64,000 nt of DNA, from NCBI RefSeq assembly GCF_009914755.1, contig NC_060936.1; one strand, written 5' to 3'. Shown here one piece after another: positions 14,558 to 32,917 of the stretch (position 1 is its first letter; every line of letters begins with the position of its first letter). Below the pieces are notes generated by a model that saw only the letters and a list, made by a program, of their open reading frames with translations, ran no database searches and was not told where the DNA came from. The DNA comes from the human T2T-CHM13v2.0 reference genome, Homo sapiens. The position numbers were made by a program, and so were the translations under genes.

Positions 14558-14810
14558 AAAGTTACAATTAGAAAAGAAGAATGTGTTCTGATGTCCCACT
14601 ACACACTAGGGTGACCATTGTCAACAATAGGTATTGCATATCTCAAGATAGCTACAAGAGAGGATTTGAATGTTCCCACCACAAAGAAATGATAAATTTT
14701 TGAGGTGATGGATATGGCAGTTACCCTGATTTGATCATTACACAAAGTTGAAATTGAAACATCACACTGTACTCCATAAATATGTACAATGATTATATGT
14801 CAATTAAAAA
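14558..14810 (+). mobile_element. L1MA 3' UTR fragment
   Basis: CACAAAGAAATGATAAAT...GAGGTGATGGATATG...CCATAAATATGTACAA. Confidence 0.85.
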
Positions 14811-14841
14811 TGAAAATAATTTTTTTTGCAACTTACTTCAC

Positions 14842-18747
<3,906 letters not shown>

Positions 18748-19893
18748 TGAAAATAATTTTTTCAAAAATGTAAGAGCATACCTTTTACAGAGTGATGCTC
18801 AGTAGATGATTGCTGACTGTAAATAGCAAGCCCAGGTTAGGTGCTGTCAATAGTTAAGAGGGCTCCACCCCTCACCGCACTACATTCCAAGGACCGTGCC
18901 CAGCACTGAGCAGGGCTTCAAGCAGCATTTGTGAAGTTCAGTTAGTAGCACAGTGGATTGATACCTGAACATTTTGGCTGTAAAGACATTAATGCCTGGA
19001 TAGTGACCTGATGGCTCCCTGTGGCACCAATGAAAGAATCTTCACCAAGAAAGTAGTACTTTGAGGGCCTGGAGTCTTTCTGAGCCAGCAGTCAAAGACA
19101 AAACTAGCTTTTTCAGGTACAAATACAGCATTAGAATAGCTGATCTTTCCTTTCTGCTGAAGTTGCACATGCCTCACAGTTTCATAAATTGTACATGAAA
19201 TTCCTCCATCTTTCATACATGGCGAGGCCTGTCACTGGCAGGTGCCTCAACCACCCTTGGAGCACAGCCTGCAGCAGTGTGACTAGTACCTTAAAGTCCC
19301 ATTCTTCCTCCAGAGCATTGTGAAACTAGTTCCTGAGGCTCCCAGGCCACTGGTATTGCCCTGGAAGATGCTCTGCTGAAGATCAAGTGAAAGTCTTGTG
19401 AACAACTTGTAAAATACTAAACAAATTCCCAAGCAGCATGGCAGGAATGCAGTAGAAAAAAAAATACAGAATTACCTGCAGCCCCACTTAAATCTTAACA
19501 TCTCTTTCTACCGAGGATTCAGAGGCAGAGAATCTGTCAGCACCTTGAGAAAGTCTGGTTTAATCAACTTTCAGTGAAAATCCATAGTAAATCTGTGCTA
19601 AAACAAGAGAGATTTTTAAATATTCTCAAAGTGCTTAAACAAAATATTAATAAAGGTAAACCCCTTTCCCCATAGGCTGTGAGTCCCAAGTGAAAAACAT
19701 CTTACTGAAATATTTTATTAAATTTGATCCAGGGTTTGCAAGTGCATTTTCCAGTTTGGCTTCATTGTTGGCTAAGCAGGCATTTGTTTCCTTCAATTTC
19801 ACACAAATTTGTTAATTTAACTGTTAATCTTATAAATTAATATTGCATAGATTTTTACACTATGGGCTTTAATTCATAGTTCATGTTGGACCT

Positions 19894-20265
19894 TGTGTTA
19901 GTCTGCTTGGGATCCCATAACAAAATACCACAAACTGCGTGGCTTAAACAACATTTATTTCCTCAGTGTTCTGGAGGCCAGACATCCAAGGTCAAGGTGC
20001 CGGCAGGGTTGGTTGCTGGTGCAGCCTCTCTTCCTGCCTTGCAGAAAGCTACAGTTCTCTCTGTGTCCTCACATGACCTCTTCTCTGTGCCGGAGAGAGA
20101 GAAAGATCTCTGATGTCTCTTCCTCTTCTTATTAGGTTGCAGTCCCATTGGTTTAGGGCCCCACTCTAATGATCTCATCTAACCTCAATTACTCCCTCAA
20201 AGGCCCTATCTTTAAATACAGTTGCACTGGGGATCAGGGAATCAACATGTTAATTTTAGGGGGAC
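19894..20265 (-). mobile_element. MaLR LTR, MLT1-like
   Basis: TGTGTTAGTCTGCTTGGG...CATAACAAAATACCACAAACTG...TCTGGAGGCCAGA. Confidence 0.85.
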
Positions 20266-21592
20266 TCAAAACAGACATCTAATATCTATGTCAATTTTCT
20301 TCTTGACAAAAATTACAAGCCTAGATTTCTCACATAAAATTCACTATTCCAGTGGTGTATATAGATGGGTTTTAGGCCAGGACAATCTATCAGCCATTCA
20401 TATATTGTCATTTACCTTGGGGCAAAATCTATCTGGAAAAAACATAAGGTTGTTTTCAGGTGTTATTGCCTTTTACTCATCAGTCTTTGCTGGGGAATTG
20501 GTTATGGATGAGGACGCGTGACCTCAAAATAAGATTAATTATTGACAAGCAGAAAGAACATATACCTTAACACATCTCAGAAGATCACAGAGGATGTGCT
20601 CCTGAAAGACAACATTTCTAGTGGCAAGAAATAGAGATTATCTTGACCTCCCCTCCCTCTTTTTAACTTGTTTCTACATGATTTAATACTACTTTTCAAT
20701 GCTCTAGTTCCACGCTCTCCTGCTATTGAGATTTTTTTAAAGTTAGTTGTCCTCTCTAAATTGATACATAGTTTTATAGATACATAGATATACTCTAAAC
20801 GAACAATAGATTCTTTATGATGCTTATGCCACATAGAATGTCTTTAGAATCAAATTTACCACCTTTGCAAATGCCCTACAGCTTAAATCTAATGATTTCT
20901 ATCTAATGAATCAATTGGCCTATATCTAATGATATAGGCAGGTCAGTTACATAAGGGTACAATTTGCATTTAATTAATCATGGTGAATTCATCGGAAAGT
21001 AAATAGATATTTTAGTGAGTTTTTCCGTGGCTACGATAAGTTAATTTAATGCATGTTTAAATAAATACTTAAATTAAAATAACGTTGATTACGCTCTATG
21101 GTATATACTATCAGACTTCACCCACCTACTTGTCTTGTGTGTTGAAGCAGACACAGGTTTTCTGAAGAAAATGTGGCTCTATCCACCTATATTCCTTAGC
21201 CCACTCAGCCCTGAGTCCTTTATTTTCATGAAAGGATCCTCCCATTGCCTTGTCTGGCCGGTTGTCACGCACATTAAACTGTGAACTTCCAACCAAGCAT
21301 AGACCCCCTATCCATTCTCACCAGAGAATTTAACCCTAGAACTCTCTGCTGCCCCATTCTCACATGCTACTCTTTTAAGAGATAAAGAATATGAAGAATA
21401 GGTTGTCCACCATTCCTACCTGTGTTCTAAATTTTACTCTTTTTTTTCAAGACAGATCATTAGAGAACTGGACACATGGACCTCTCTGCTTTGGCTATAA
21501 TAGAACAGCTTTTATTGGGCTCTGCCTTTATTGATTTTTTAGGTTTTCAGACTTATCTCCTAGCTAAGCCTGAGTTTCTTTAAGAAATGTGT

Positions 21593-22010
<418 letters not shown>

Positions 22011-22254
22011 TCAGTTGCCCCGTGGTGTTATATAAAGAGCATTTGACCACGAACTACGGGACCTGAGTTCTAGACCTCACCCTCCAGTGACCAGCAGCAC
22101 TAGCTTAGGCAAGGACTTGCTTGTCCTCTCCTTGGCCTGTTTCCAATTTTGAAAAATAATACTAAATGATCGTTAATGTTTCTTTTTGTTTACTATTTTT
22201 TAGTATCCCCAACATCAACTAACCACCAACCACTACTTTAAATCAATAATTTAA

Positions 22255-22650
22255 AGTTCCTAAGTGAGGCACACAAAGACAAATAAAATGTTTGTACTCC
22301 TCTGTGTGGACTAAACAAATTGATCTCATGGAAGTGTTGAATAGAATGGTGATTACCTGAGGCTGGGAAAAGGGATGAGGAGAAGGTGGTTAATGATACA
22401 AACATACAGCTAGGTAGAAGGAAAAAGTTCTAGTGTTCGCTAACATAATAGGGCGACTATAGTTACAAATAATTTATCGCGTATTTGAAAATAGCTAGAA
22501 GAGAACATTTGGGATGTTCCCAACACAAAGAAATGATAAATGTTTGGGGTGATAGATATCCCAATTACCCAGTTTTGATCCTTATACACTGTATGTTTGG
22601 ATCAAAATATTATATGCACCTCATGTATAACTACTATGTATCCATAAATT
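22255..22650 (+). mobile_element. L1MA 3' UTR fragment
   Basis: AATAGCTAGAAGAG...CCAACACAAAGAAATGATAAATGTTT. Confidence 0.85.
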
Positions 22651-23326
22651 CAAATTTCTTTTGAAATTAGTATTTGTATTAGAAATTAGCATTAATACAC
22701 GAATTTTTTTTGAAAAAGCAGTTTATCTTTTTAATAATACTCTGAAGTTTTAACTTTTATTTGAAAGAGGACAAAGCTGAATTTTAGCCTTGAAATGATC
22801 AACAATTCAAAATTAATGAGCTTCAAGTTTATGAGAAGTCACTATTTAAAAAAAGGATTGAGATGTTTAACGACCTTGAAATTGAGTTTAGTCCATCTCT
22901 GCTGTGTTTTTACATTCATTCTTACTCTTGACATTTTTCAGTTGGAGGTGGAAGTTAAAAATGGTCCAAAAAATAGATTTTTTACCTCATTTATCTTTAA
23001 GAAATGGCAGGTGCCATATTTTGAATCAATAATAAGATAGGTTTCAGCTAAATAAATCACAAGGGTAAACTGACAAGCAGTTTTGCATTTCACATAGCTG
23101 ACATTATGAACAGTTTCTAAGAAAAACAGCACATTATTAAGACTACACCTTTTCCTAAATCCAAAGGTCACACATCCTTTGCCAATCTTTCGTACCTTCA
23201 ATTTGACTCTAAAATGCCATGAGATCTGTGAGTGCCATTGAAAGATTACAAAGTTCTCACTTCACCTCCTTGGGCTATTTATTTCAGGACAAACTACACA
23301 GAGCAGCTTTCCCCCTCCCTGACTTC

Positions 23327-23678
23327 ATGATCACATCCTTTGTAGGGACACAGATGAAACTAGAAGCCATCATTCTCACCAAACTGACACAGGAACAGAA
23401 AACCAAACACCGCATGTTCCCACTCATAAGTGGGAGTTGAACAATGAGAACACATGGACACAGGGAGGGGAACATCACACACTAGGGCCTGTCGGGGGAT
23501 AGGGGGTAAGGGGAGGGAAAGTGTTAGGACAAATACCTAATTTGCATGCGGGTCTTAAAACCTAGATGACGGGCTGATAGGTACAGCAAACCACCATGGC
23601 ACATGTAAACCTATATAACCAACCTGCACATTCAGCACATGCATCCCAGAACTTAAAGTAAAAAATTTAAAAAAAAAA
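23327..23678 (+). mobile_element. L1PA 3' end (about PA7)
   Basis: ACAGAAAACCAAACACCGCATGTTC...CCCAGAACTTAAAGTAAAA, poly(A). Confidence 0.92.
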
Positions 23679-23847
23679 GATTCCCTCTTCACGTGTTGAT
23701 TTCTGTAGAATGTTTTAGACACACATATCAGGCACAGAGATGCTAGTAAGGAAAAATTAGTTTGACTCGTTCATTAGCAGCAAAGGAATTCATTTCATGG
23801 TGACTCCACTTCGTGCAGCAGCCCAGCATTGCTGGCACTACAGCACG

Positions 23848-24015
23848 TGACGAGTTAATGGGTGCAGCACACCAACATGGCACATGTATACATATGTAAC
23901 AAACCTGCACGTTGTGCACATGCATCCTAGAACTTAAAGTATAATAATAAAACAAAGAAAAGAAGTAAATAATGGAGCTAAGATCAATAAAAAAAAAAGA
24001 AAGAAAGAAAAGAAA
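23848..24015 (+). mobile_element. Very short L1PA 3' end with extended tail
   Basis: TGACGAGTTAATGGGTGCAGCACACCAACATGGC...CTTAAAGTATAATAA. Confidence 0.9.
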
Positions 24016-24199
24016 GCATTGTTTGCAAACACTGACTCCTCTGTCGGACCTCCATCCTCTTTCACCTGAGAGCCTGCTATGTATATGAGCCCAGCTGTCA
24101 CAACACTTTTTTTAACCTCTTCCTCATTTGTCCTGGTATCCATGCATTTTTCTTTCTGGTCATATTGCTTGCATTACCTTTGTATTGTCCATTTCCCTC

Positions 24200-24930
24200 A
24201 TTAAAATAAGACACCTGGAATTAAACAGGTTTCTGAAGCTCTGGTTCAAGAAGTTGAGGGTAAAGTGAGAATAGTTACTTCCTTTGCTCTGGACTCTATC
24301 ATACTACCCCCAGATGACTTTTTCTGGTTTTTGCCTCTATATAACTGTGTGACTCATATTGGAGATACGATCAACTAAAACCTCTGGCAATCTTTTTTGT
24401 CCATACGAACTTTGGTTAAACCAAGTCTCACCCACCCAACAGCTGAGGAGCCAACTTTTTAAACATGGGTTGAAGGAGTCATGGTTACCTGTACTTTGTT
24501 TCATCTTCTTGACATTGGTCTAAAATTTTAGGCTTTGCAGGACTTTTTTCTTCTTTTTCTGACATTCACTGTAAAAAAAAAATCTTTCTAGCTATTTTAA
24601 TTGGACACATTTGACAAGAACACCTTCTGATTATTTATTTAAGTGATTGACAAAAATGCTAAAAAGATCCGCACCAGATAGATCATCAGTACCTTGTTGT
24701 GAGTCTGCAGAACCTACTTTTCGAGTTGATCTATGTCTTAATCAAGATTCTTGGTGTTTCTCAACCAGCTATGAATTTACCCAAGTTATTATCATCCAGC
24801 TCACATTTCACAGTCTTATCCACAAGGCTGTCAAAAATGTTTTGACAAATACTGTGCTCAAACCATTCCCCTGATCAAAGCTAATGAATTCTAGCAAAGG
24901 AGTCTGGAATGTCTTGGTCTCATTGCTTCT
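24200..24930 (-). mobile_element. L3/CR1 LINE RT-region fossil
   Basis: CTTATCCACAAGGCTGTCAAAAATGTTTTGACAAATACTGTGCTCAAACC resembles the antisense DFSKAFD..SHDILVDK coding segment; TTGACAAAAATGCTAAA also matches. Confidence 0.6.
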
Positions 24931-25214
24931 ATTAACCACTGTTTCTTGCCTTCAGTGACAAAAAATCCATGGGTGTTATAATCCTTCCTAGTATTTGGTC
25001 TGAGACTGAGAGTCTGTTATTTTTAAATTCCATTTTCCAAATACCAAAAAAATGCTAATGTTAGCCATTAACCATGATTCTTTAAGGATTATGCTATAAC
25101 AACATACTACCTAATATTTTTGTATGATCTGACACCTGAACACACAATTATTATAATTTTGGTATATTTTCTGCAAGAACTTTGTAAGAGCTATAGTTGG
25201 TTTCCCTCACATGC

Positions 25215-25262
25215 TATTATATTGTATTATATTATATTATATTATATTACATTATATATTGC
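25215..25262. repeat. (ATATT)n pentanucleotide repeat
   Basis: Directly visible. Confidence 0.85.
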
Positions 25263-25599
25263 ACATATTTCCATGTAGTCACATGAAACTAAACCATTTT
25301 AAGAGTGTTTTAGTATTTATCAAGTTAATGTATCATACATTACCTAATTCCTTTTCTATTGGTCATTTAGATTCCTTTCCATTTGGGGAAAGGGGCAATG
25401 AGCATATTTATGCTTACGGTTTTCCAAAAATATATTTTTTAATTATTATGATAGATTCCTAGAAGCAGAATTCCTGGGTCAACAAGTCTGAATATATTTC
25501 CTGACTTTTAAGACATATTATTAATTTGCTTCCAAAAGAGGGTACCAATTCCTATCTACTCTCACTGGCAGTGGTCAACACCAAAGTCTTGAATATTAA

Positions 25600-26040
25600 T
25601 GGAACATTTATATTGGAATGGTATCTGGATAGTTTAGAGTGAGAGAAATTGGGACTAGAAATACAATTTTAGGACTTTTTCATATATAGATCATAAACGA
25701 AACAAACAGGTACATTCTCCAAGAGAATGAATAAAATGGAGAATCATGTTGAAAGATGAACCTTAATGAAATATTTTTAACTTTCTTATTTTACAGACAA
25801 AGTGCACCGTTTAGTGGCTTGTCCAAGGTCTTATAAGTAATAGGTAAATGAGGCTGAGTGGAAAGTAGGGAAGAGAAGGAAAAGTGGGTAATAAAGAGAA
25901 CAATGGGAATGCAGTGCCACAGAAGTTAAAGATGAAAACTTTGTCCAACAGAAGGTAACAGCCTCACTGTGTCAAGCAGCAAAGAAATTTTTTTAACTGA
26001 GAAAGAAAGGGAAATTCTTGGATTTGGAAAGGGGGTGGTC
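25600..26040 (-). mobile_element. L2 fragment with internal MIR remnant
   Basis: Purine-rich L2-like motifs (GGACTAGAAATACAATTTTAGGA, TTGGATTTGG). Confidence 0.45.
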
Positions 26041-28004
26041 TCTGGCTTCCTGAGTCCTCTGATCCTCTGGCATGGTGAACTGGCTTTACAGATAGCCTTG
26101 TAAACATTTACAAGCCCACAAACATTATAAGCTGCCTAGTTCTGCCCCAGGTTATAGTCATAGGCGGTAAAAGATATTTTAAAAATCAATATTCTTTTAT
26201 GATTCTGACTGCCTAAAAGTCATTACTTACTAGCCCCAGGTTTGTGAACTATTGAAAAAGATACACTGATGAATTAAACAGCACATCCAATAAAATATTT
26301 TCTTTTCATGCATTTTAGTCTATGTCTTCACCCGGCACAGGGATAAAAAAAAAAATTGGGCCAATAAAATGTAAGTTTGCAGTAGAGACCAAGACTACAG
26401 AATCCAGGGCCAGTTTTTCTTTTTTTACAAGTACAATCACTTGGGTATTTTTCACTCATGCCACTACGTGAACGGGCAAGTCAAAGTAAACTGTACCTTA
26501 CCGTAAAGATTCCAGGAACAGAAAAGTCAGTTCCTGGAAGTGCAGAGAAGGAAAGCAAACATGGCTGAGATGAGAGTGAGTGTGGAGTAGAGGGATAGGA
26601 GCTACTATCGCCTGCCATGTGGCTATTTTTATGGTCTCCTGGCAGTGCTATACCTCTGTCTTTGTAGCTCATGGTTCACATTACCCTTGTGTTTAACTTT
26701 TACAATTCTTTGCATTTCCTCTTTAAAGTGATATTTCATTCTTGCTTAAATTGTCACCCAGTTATATTGATCACATCCTGCTAGGTGCTGAGAAAACTCC
26801 AAATTAGAAAAACAAAACAAAACAAAACATTTGTTGGGTAGGTAAGTAGAGAGAACACCAGATTAAACTATTCATGAAGGATGAATGAGAGAACAAATAC
26901 CGAAAAGTGTTTCTCGTAAATGTGCACAAGGATGATGAATGAGTGGGAGAACGGTTTCATAGAGAGTGTAAAGGAAGAGGTATCTTGGCTTTGTTTTTTG
27001 AACTGATGTGTTTTGGATTGCATGTTTCTTAGGAAAACAATTAGCATAAGCCTACACTCCCATTGGTCCTCAACTTTCTAGAGCTCTCTGTTGGGGAGAT
27101 AACTCAGGCTATGTCCTTACAGCAGGGATAAGAGTGAAGGGACTTCCAGAAAGCAGTTCAGACACACCACTGTGAGGTCAGAGCACTAGACAAGTTTCCA
27201 GAGGTGGCAGCTCACGGATCCATCTCCCCTTCCACAGCTGCTTCACCACTTAGTGTACCCCACCCTATCTCTTCTAGACAGTTAGGGTACACAGTATTAT
27301 AGACCATCCATTAAGTAAATGCCCATTTCTCCTCCAAGCCATTGCTACTCAAGTCACAAGGACAGTTTTCCAAATGTATTCATTGTGCCAAGAGAAACAT
27401 ACTCTTCAAGTGTCCTTCACGTTCTTCAGAAAATCAATTTTTCACTTTTTCTTTCTCACTTTATAAAAAAACATGCCAAAGTAGGTAATTCCCTTACATA
27501 AGAAGGGAAGAAGGGGGTATTTTGTGCGTTCTGTTCTCCCACCATGGCTCACTTTCATTTTCACCCCACTGCAAATGTTTGTAATCTGCAGAGAAGACCC
27601 CACTATGAAACACTGCCCCTCAACTTGCTGTCTACAAGGCTGATGCACGGTGAGCCAGTGACTGGTTGGGAACTCGTATGCAGCAGACAGTGTGGCTGTT
27701 CAGGGCTGACCTCCAGGAAGTGTGCTTTTTAAATTAAAGATTTCCCATGTATGCTTTGTCTTCTTTTCCTCCTGAACCCACGAAGTCAATAGAGACCACG
27801 AATGGCCAGGCTTAGTTCGGAACCTTATAACTTGATGAATTCAGTGGAAGATGAACTGCTTGAAACTGAGCTTCAGTAATTAGACTACTTAAAAATAATG
27901 CATTGTCTTCCCAGAGAATATGAAGATAAGATTTTTCAAATTTCCCTTCTACAGTGCTTCCCTTTCATATATTTTATAAGTAGAGCCTTAATCATTCTTC
28001 AAAC

Positions 28005-28925
28005 TGTAAAGTAAAATAAAATCCTAAGCCCCCGACCAGCTGAACAGACCCCCCTCTTGGCCAAGAGGACCCCAGAAAAACCTTAAAAACATGGCAGGAG
28101 GTCAGACATGCCTCGTTATACCCTTTCCTTTTGGAGTTTAGACACAACTGACTAGCATTAATATTAAAATAGAGATCATAAGGCTGACAGAACAGACTCT
28201 TTGTGGCAATAAGATGTGAAAGTATAAACAGGACAGATGTGAAATTATAAAAAGGCCGTGTCAGGCAAAGGTTAAGTCATGCACCCCTAGACTTAGAGCA
28301 TAAACTATGTTCTAATGGCCACAAACTTTTTCTTTTTCCCTGGTAGCTAAACAAGCACTGGCCTCAAGATCAGCAATATTAAAACAATTATAACTCATCC
28401 GTTCCCGGATGCTGACTAATGCCCTGTTCCATTAGCCAAAAGTACAGCTCTGATTGGACAAGAAACTGATTTCAGTATCTTTCTCCTGATGAGAAGACCA
28501 CCCACCACGGACTGCTCCTGACCAGTTTACAGAGACTGTGCACTTGCCTGCCTTCACGCCCTGAAAAGACCTTTTGATATATAAGGCCTAACTATAATGC
28601 ATTGAAATGTTCAGCCTCCACCCTAAAGTGAACATAGGTCATATGTTACATACATGTTTGTTCAATATACATGTGCCAAGATTGTCTTCATGAATATTCA
28701 TAGCTCCTCCTGTAAGCTGTTGAATATGTATGTTTTGCCAACCAGTTCAACATAAAACTCCTACCCCTCCCCTCCTCCTTCCAAGTGCTTGTTGCTGGTC
28801 TTGGCCTGGGGCATGCTTCCCAGCCTGCAGGATGGCCACCTTGTAGGCTAAAACCCTTTATAAAAAGTAAAGTCTCCTTCTCTCTTTTCCAAACTTATAA
28901 TTGAGTGATTTTTTTTAAGTTAACA
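28005..28925 (+). mobile_element. MER4D-like ERV1 solo LTR
   Basis: TGTAAA...AATAAAATCCTAAGCCCCC start, TTAAGTTAACA end, perfect AAAC TSD. Confidence 0.88.
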
Positions 28926-29612
28926 AAACTTAGAATCATTAGAGAAAGGGAAGGCCAGTTACTGAGAACACTTTCTATTAAGCCAGAGTTATGAGGCTAT
29001 TCTCGAGGTCGAAGTTGTTAAAGAGAAGATTAGCTCTTGAAACACATGGTCATTTGGGATACCTTTTAGGACTTGGAATTGAAATCCAGCTCAGAAATCC
29101 AGAAATGGGAGTAAAATATTTTAGGCCAAAAAAAAAAATGATGTCTTTGCTCATTTTAAGTGGCAAAAAAGTGGGGTAAAGTTAAAAAGTTAGTCATTGC
29201 ACTTTGGAAAAACTGTTTACTGTCATATTTTACTTCTAAAACTTACAATGTGAGGGAATGGATTTTAATATTTCTTTTCAGGAAAACTACTTTCAATTCA
29301 CAGAGTTTGGTTAAAATGATGCTTTTGAAATCTAAGGTATTCACAGACTGTTGTTTTAAGCAACTCTTTATGGTAGACACGCTGCTGGAGCCAATGACAG
29401 CAGGTGGAGGATAGGATGGCATTTGGATCTTCACAGCACCTGATGCGAATTTCTAACACATTTATTCACATGCTAAAGGTCTATGAGAAATTGTTAATTT
29501 AATTATCACTACATTTCTTTTTCATTTTTCTGGTTGAATACTCAGCAGCAGCAATTTGGCAGACAGTTATGAAAAATGTCTGTACTCAGAACATCTTAAA
29601 GAAAGTATTGCT

Positions 29613-29919
29613 GGCCGGGCACGGTGGCTCAAGCCTGTAATCCCAGCACTTTGGGAGGCTGAGGCGGGTGGATCACGAGGTCAGGAGATCGAGACCATCC
29701 TGGCTAACACAGTGAAACCCCGTATCTACTAAAAATACAAAAAATTAGCCGGGCGTGGTGGCAGGTGCCTATAGTCCCAGCTACTCAGGAGGCTGAGTCA
29801 GGAGAATGGTGTGAACCCGGGAGGCAGAGCTTGCAGCGAGCCGAGATGGCGCCACTGCGCTCCAGCCTGGGCGACAGAGCGAGACTGCGTCTCAAACAAA
29901 AAAAAAAAAAGAAAAAGAA
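29613..29919 (+). mobile_element. AluY
   Basis: AluY diagnostics; TSD AAAGAAAGTATTGCT. Confidence 0.96.
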
Positions 29920-31729
29920 AAAGAAAGTATTGCTGTGAGATTTATGCTGGGTCACTTACTTTGTCCTCATAGCTATGCTATGAAGTTGTGAAATTATTTT
30001 ATCATGGCTGAATCTCTGTGGTTTACATATATTAATTCAGTTCCACCAGCTATAATGTAAAGGTGAAAATCTGATGAGATGATTTTAGCTGTAAAAATGT
30101 GTAGTTTGAAATCTAAAAGCTTATAAAGTAAGTGTTCTTATGGTGTATTCAACTAGTAGCTATGAGTGTGGTCTGGATCACTGTGAGGAGCTGCACTCAG
30201 CTTCTACAGGGCTTAATTTTCTATTGAGGAATAATTCAAGTAGACTTCTCCAGGGCACCTGGTTTTATCCTGACTTTGGGTGTAGGTGCAAGTGGTGGTC
30301 TCAGGTGGCTCCAGGACACGGCATGATCTGTGGCTTACTGACCCTGGTCTGTCTGCTAGCGGGTAACACTGTCCCGCCACAAGTTAAGATGACAGAAGCA
30401 CAGCAGTGTAGACAGGATCACGAGGCACTTGTCTAAATCAGAGCTACTTAAAATGCCTCACGTGAATGGACTCAAAACTTCCCCTCAAAAGTGAATTAAT
30501 GAACAGAGAAAGAAACCCTAAAAATGTGGTTAAAAACAACTATGAAAGTTAATTGGCTGCTCTTGATCCCTGCTGGACAGTGACCAGAAATGAATTAGTG
30601 GCAGGGGCAGGCTCTCAGTTTAACATGTGAGAACATGACATGCTACGCAAATGAATCAAATTAGGATTGAAAGAGACAGTGCTGTCAACTGTTATTAAGG
30701 CTGTACTAAAGCCCTTAAGAATGGGGAAGGTACCAGAAATAAATAAGGCAACTTGGTAAGTGAGAAGATATGCTTGCTTTGTTGGTTGTGTGTTTCGTTC
30801 AACAATGAGTTTGGGCATCTTCTGCCAAGCACGGCCTAAACAAGCAGTGGCACATTCAAATGCCTGCGGTGGAAATTCAAGTGAAATGAAGAGCGTAAGT
30901 CCTCATTTAATGGGGAGTAGGTTTCTGTTCACTGTATCTATTAAAGGAGTCTGAGTCTTGATGCCAGACCTTCTGGTTTTCCAAGAGAAGCCAAAAGACT
31001 AGAGGGGTTGTTTGGTGTTTTTTTTTTTTGGTAAAATTTCTCAGTGTTTACAACTTATTAAATAATTTTATTTTGTGGACCAAGCTAAATATAATCTGTT
31101 TAGTGGTATGCATTCTCTGGCTTAGGCAGTGTGAGCCTGATTGTGCTCTTGGTGCAGAGACAGAACATCATTATCTGTTATCCAAACTAGAAAGCAATAA
31201 TGCCTAGAGTCATGCAAATGCCAAAGACCCGAGGCAGGGGCGATGAGAGGAACAATATACGCAGGAAGTGCCATTGATCTGGACCCTGGGACACAAGTAG
31301 GATTGAGAGGTGGGTCAGTGCTTCCTGCCGAGCGGGGAAATACAGTTTGGTTATTTTGAGTAGCAAATAGTTCAGTGTGTTAGCAGCTGCAGGCTGTGGA
31401 AATCTTTCAAGTATGGAAAGAATAAACAAAAGCCCTCCCCATAATCTGCATGAGCTCCCATAAACACACAAAACCTCCCCAGGTGAATTATGCAGTGCAG
31501 GTTTAAAAGAGAATATGGATTTTTTTCCAGATTTAGTGAGATATGATTGACAAAATAAAAAAAGTATACATTTAAGGCATACTACATGATGATTTAATGC
31601 ATGTACACATCATGAAATGATTACCGCAATCAAGCTAATTGACATATCCATTACCTCACACAGTTACCTTTTTGTGTGTGGTAAAAACACTTAACATCTA
31701 CTCTCTTAGCAAATTTCAAGTATATAATA

Positions 31730-32917
31730 CATTCATGCATCGCTTGATGATGGGAATATGTTCTGGGAAATGCATCATTAAGAGATTTCATTGTTGTGCG
31801 AACATCGTGGAGTGCACTTACACAAATCTAGGTGGGAAGCCTATGACACACCTAGGCTATGTAGTATGGCCTATTGCTCCTAGGCAACAAACCTGTATAG
31901 CATGTTACTGACTTAATACCACAGGCAATTGTAACACAATGGTAAGTATTTGTGTATCTAAACATAGCTAAACATAGAAAAGGTACAGTGAAAATGCTGT
32001 AAACAAGACAAAAAATGATACACCTGTACAGGGCACGTAACATGAATGAAGTTTGCAGGGTTGAAAGTTGCTCTGGGTGACTCAGCGAGTGAGTGGTAAG
32101 TCACTGTGGAGGCCTAGGCCATTACTGTACACTACTGCAGGCTACAAACACTGTATACTTAGGCTACACTAAATTTATTTATTTAATGTTCTCTTCTTCA
32201 ATAATAACCTTAGCTTACTGTAACATTTTACTTTATTAACTTTTAAATTTTTAAAAATTTTTTGACTCTTTTGTCATAACACTTAGCTTAAAACACATAT
32301 TGTACAGCTGTACAAAAGTATTTTCTTTCTTTATATCCTTATTTTATAAGCTTTTTTCTATTGTTTAATTTTTTTAATTTTGGGAACTATTTTGTTAAAA
32401 ACTAAGACACAAACACACACCTTAGCCTAGACATACACAGGGTCAAGATCATCAATATTGCTGTCTTCCACCTCCAAATCCTGTCCCACTGGAAGGTCTT
32501 CAGGGACAATAACATGCATGGAATTGTCATCTCCTATGATAACAATGCCTGTTTCTGGAATAGCTCCTGAAGGACCTGCCTGAGGCTGTTTTACAGTAAG
32601 TTTTTCTAATGTAGAAGGAGAACACTCCAAAATAATAAAAAGTATAATAAATATATAAACCAGTAACCTTGTCATTTATTATCATCATCAAATATTATGC
32701 TGTGTATGTGCTATACTTTCATGTAACCAGCAGTGCAGCAGCTTTGTTTACACCAGCATCATCTCAAACACATGAGTGATGTGTTGTCTATGACATTAGG
32801 ATAGCTACAAGGTCACTAGGTGATGGGAAATTTTCAGTTCCCTTATAATCCTATGAGAACTGCCATCATATATCTGGTCCGTTGTTGACTAAAATGTTGT
32901 TACGCAGTGCATGACTG
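31730..32917 (+). mobile_element. Tigger3b-like (MER7) DNA transposon
   Basis: TIRs CA(T)TCATGCA.../...TGCATGACTG, TA target duplication, about 1.19 kb. Confidence 0.88.

Noticed and set aside
29970-30130. Weak resemblance (FYHG..., FSCKNV*FEI*, followed by GTAAGT) to an upstream TMTC1 exon (FVHG...FSWKTVKQNEIW)
   Set aside because: Needs many gaps and the middle does not align; not distinguishable from chance by eye. tBLASTn would decide.
30800-30870. LGIFCQARPKQAVAH resembles TMTC1 YGVFLVDTGLPEKAVAH
   Set aside because: Short, no downstream continuation, and exon A already accounts for this motif.
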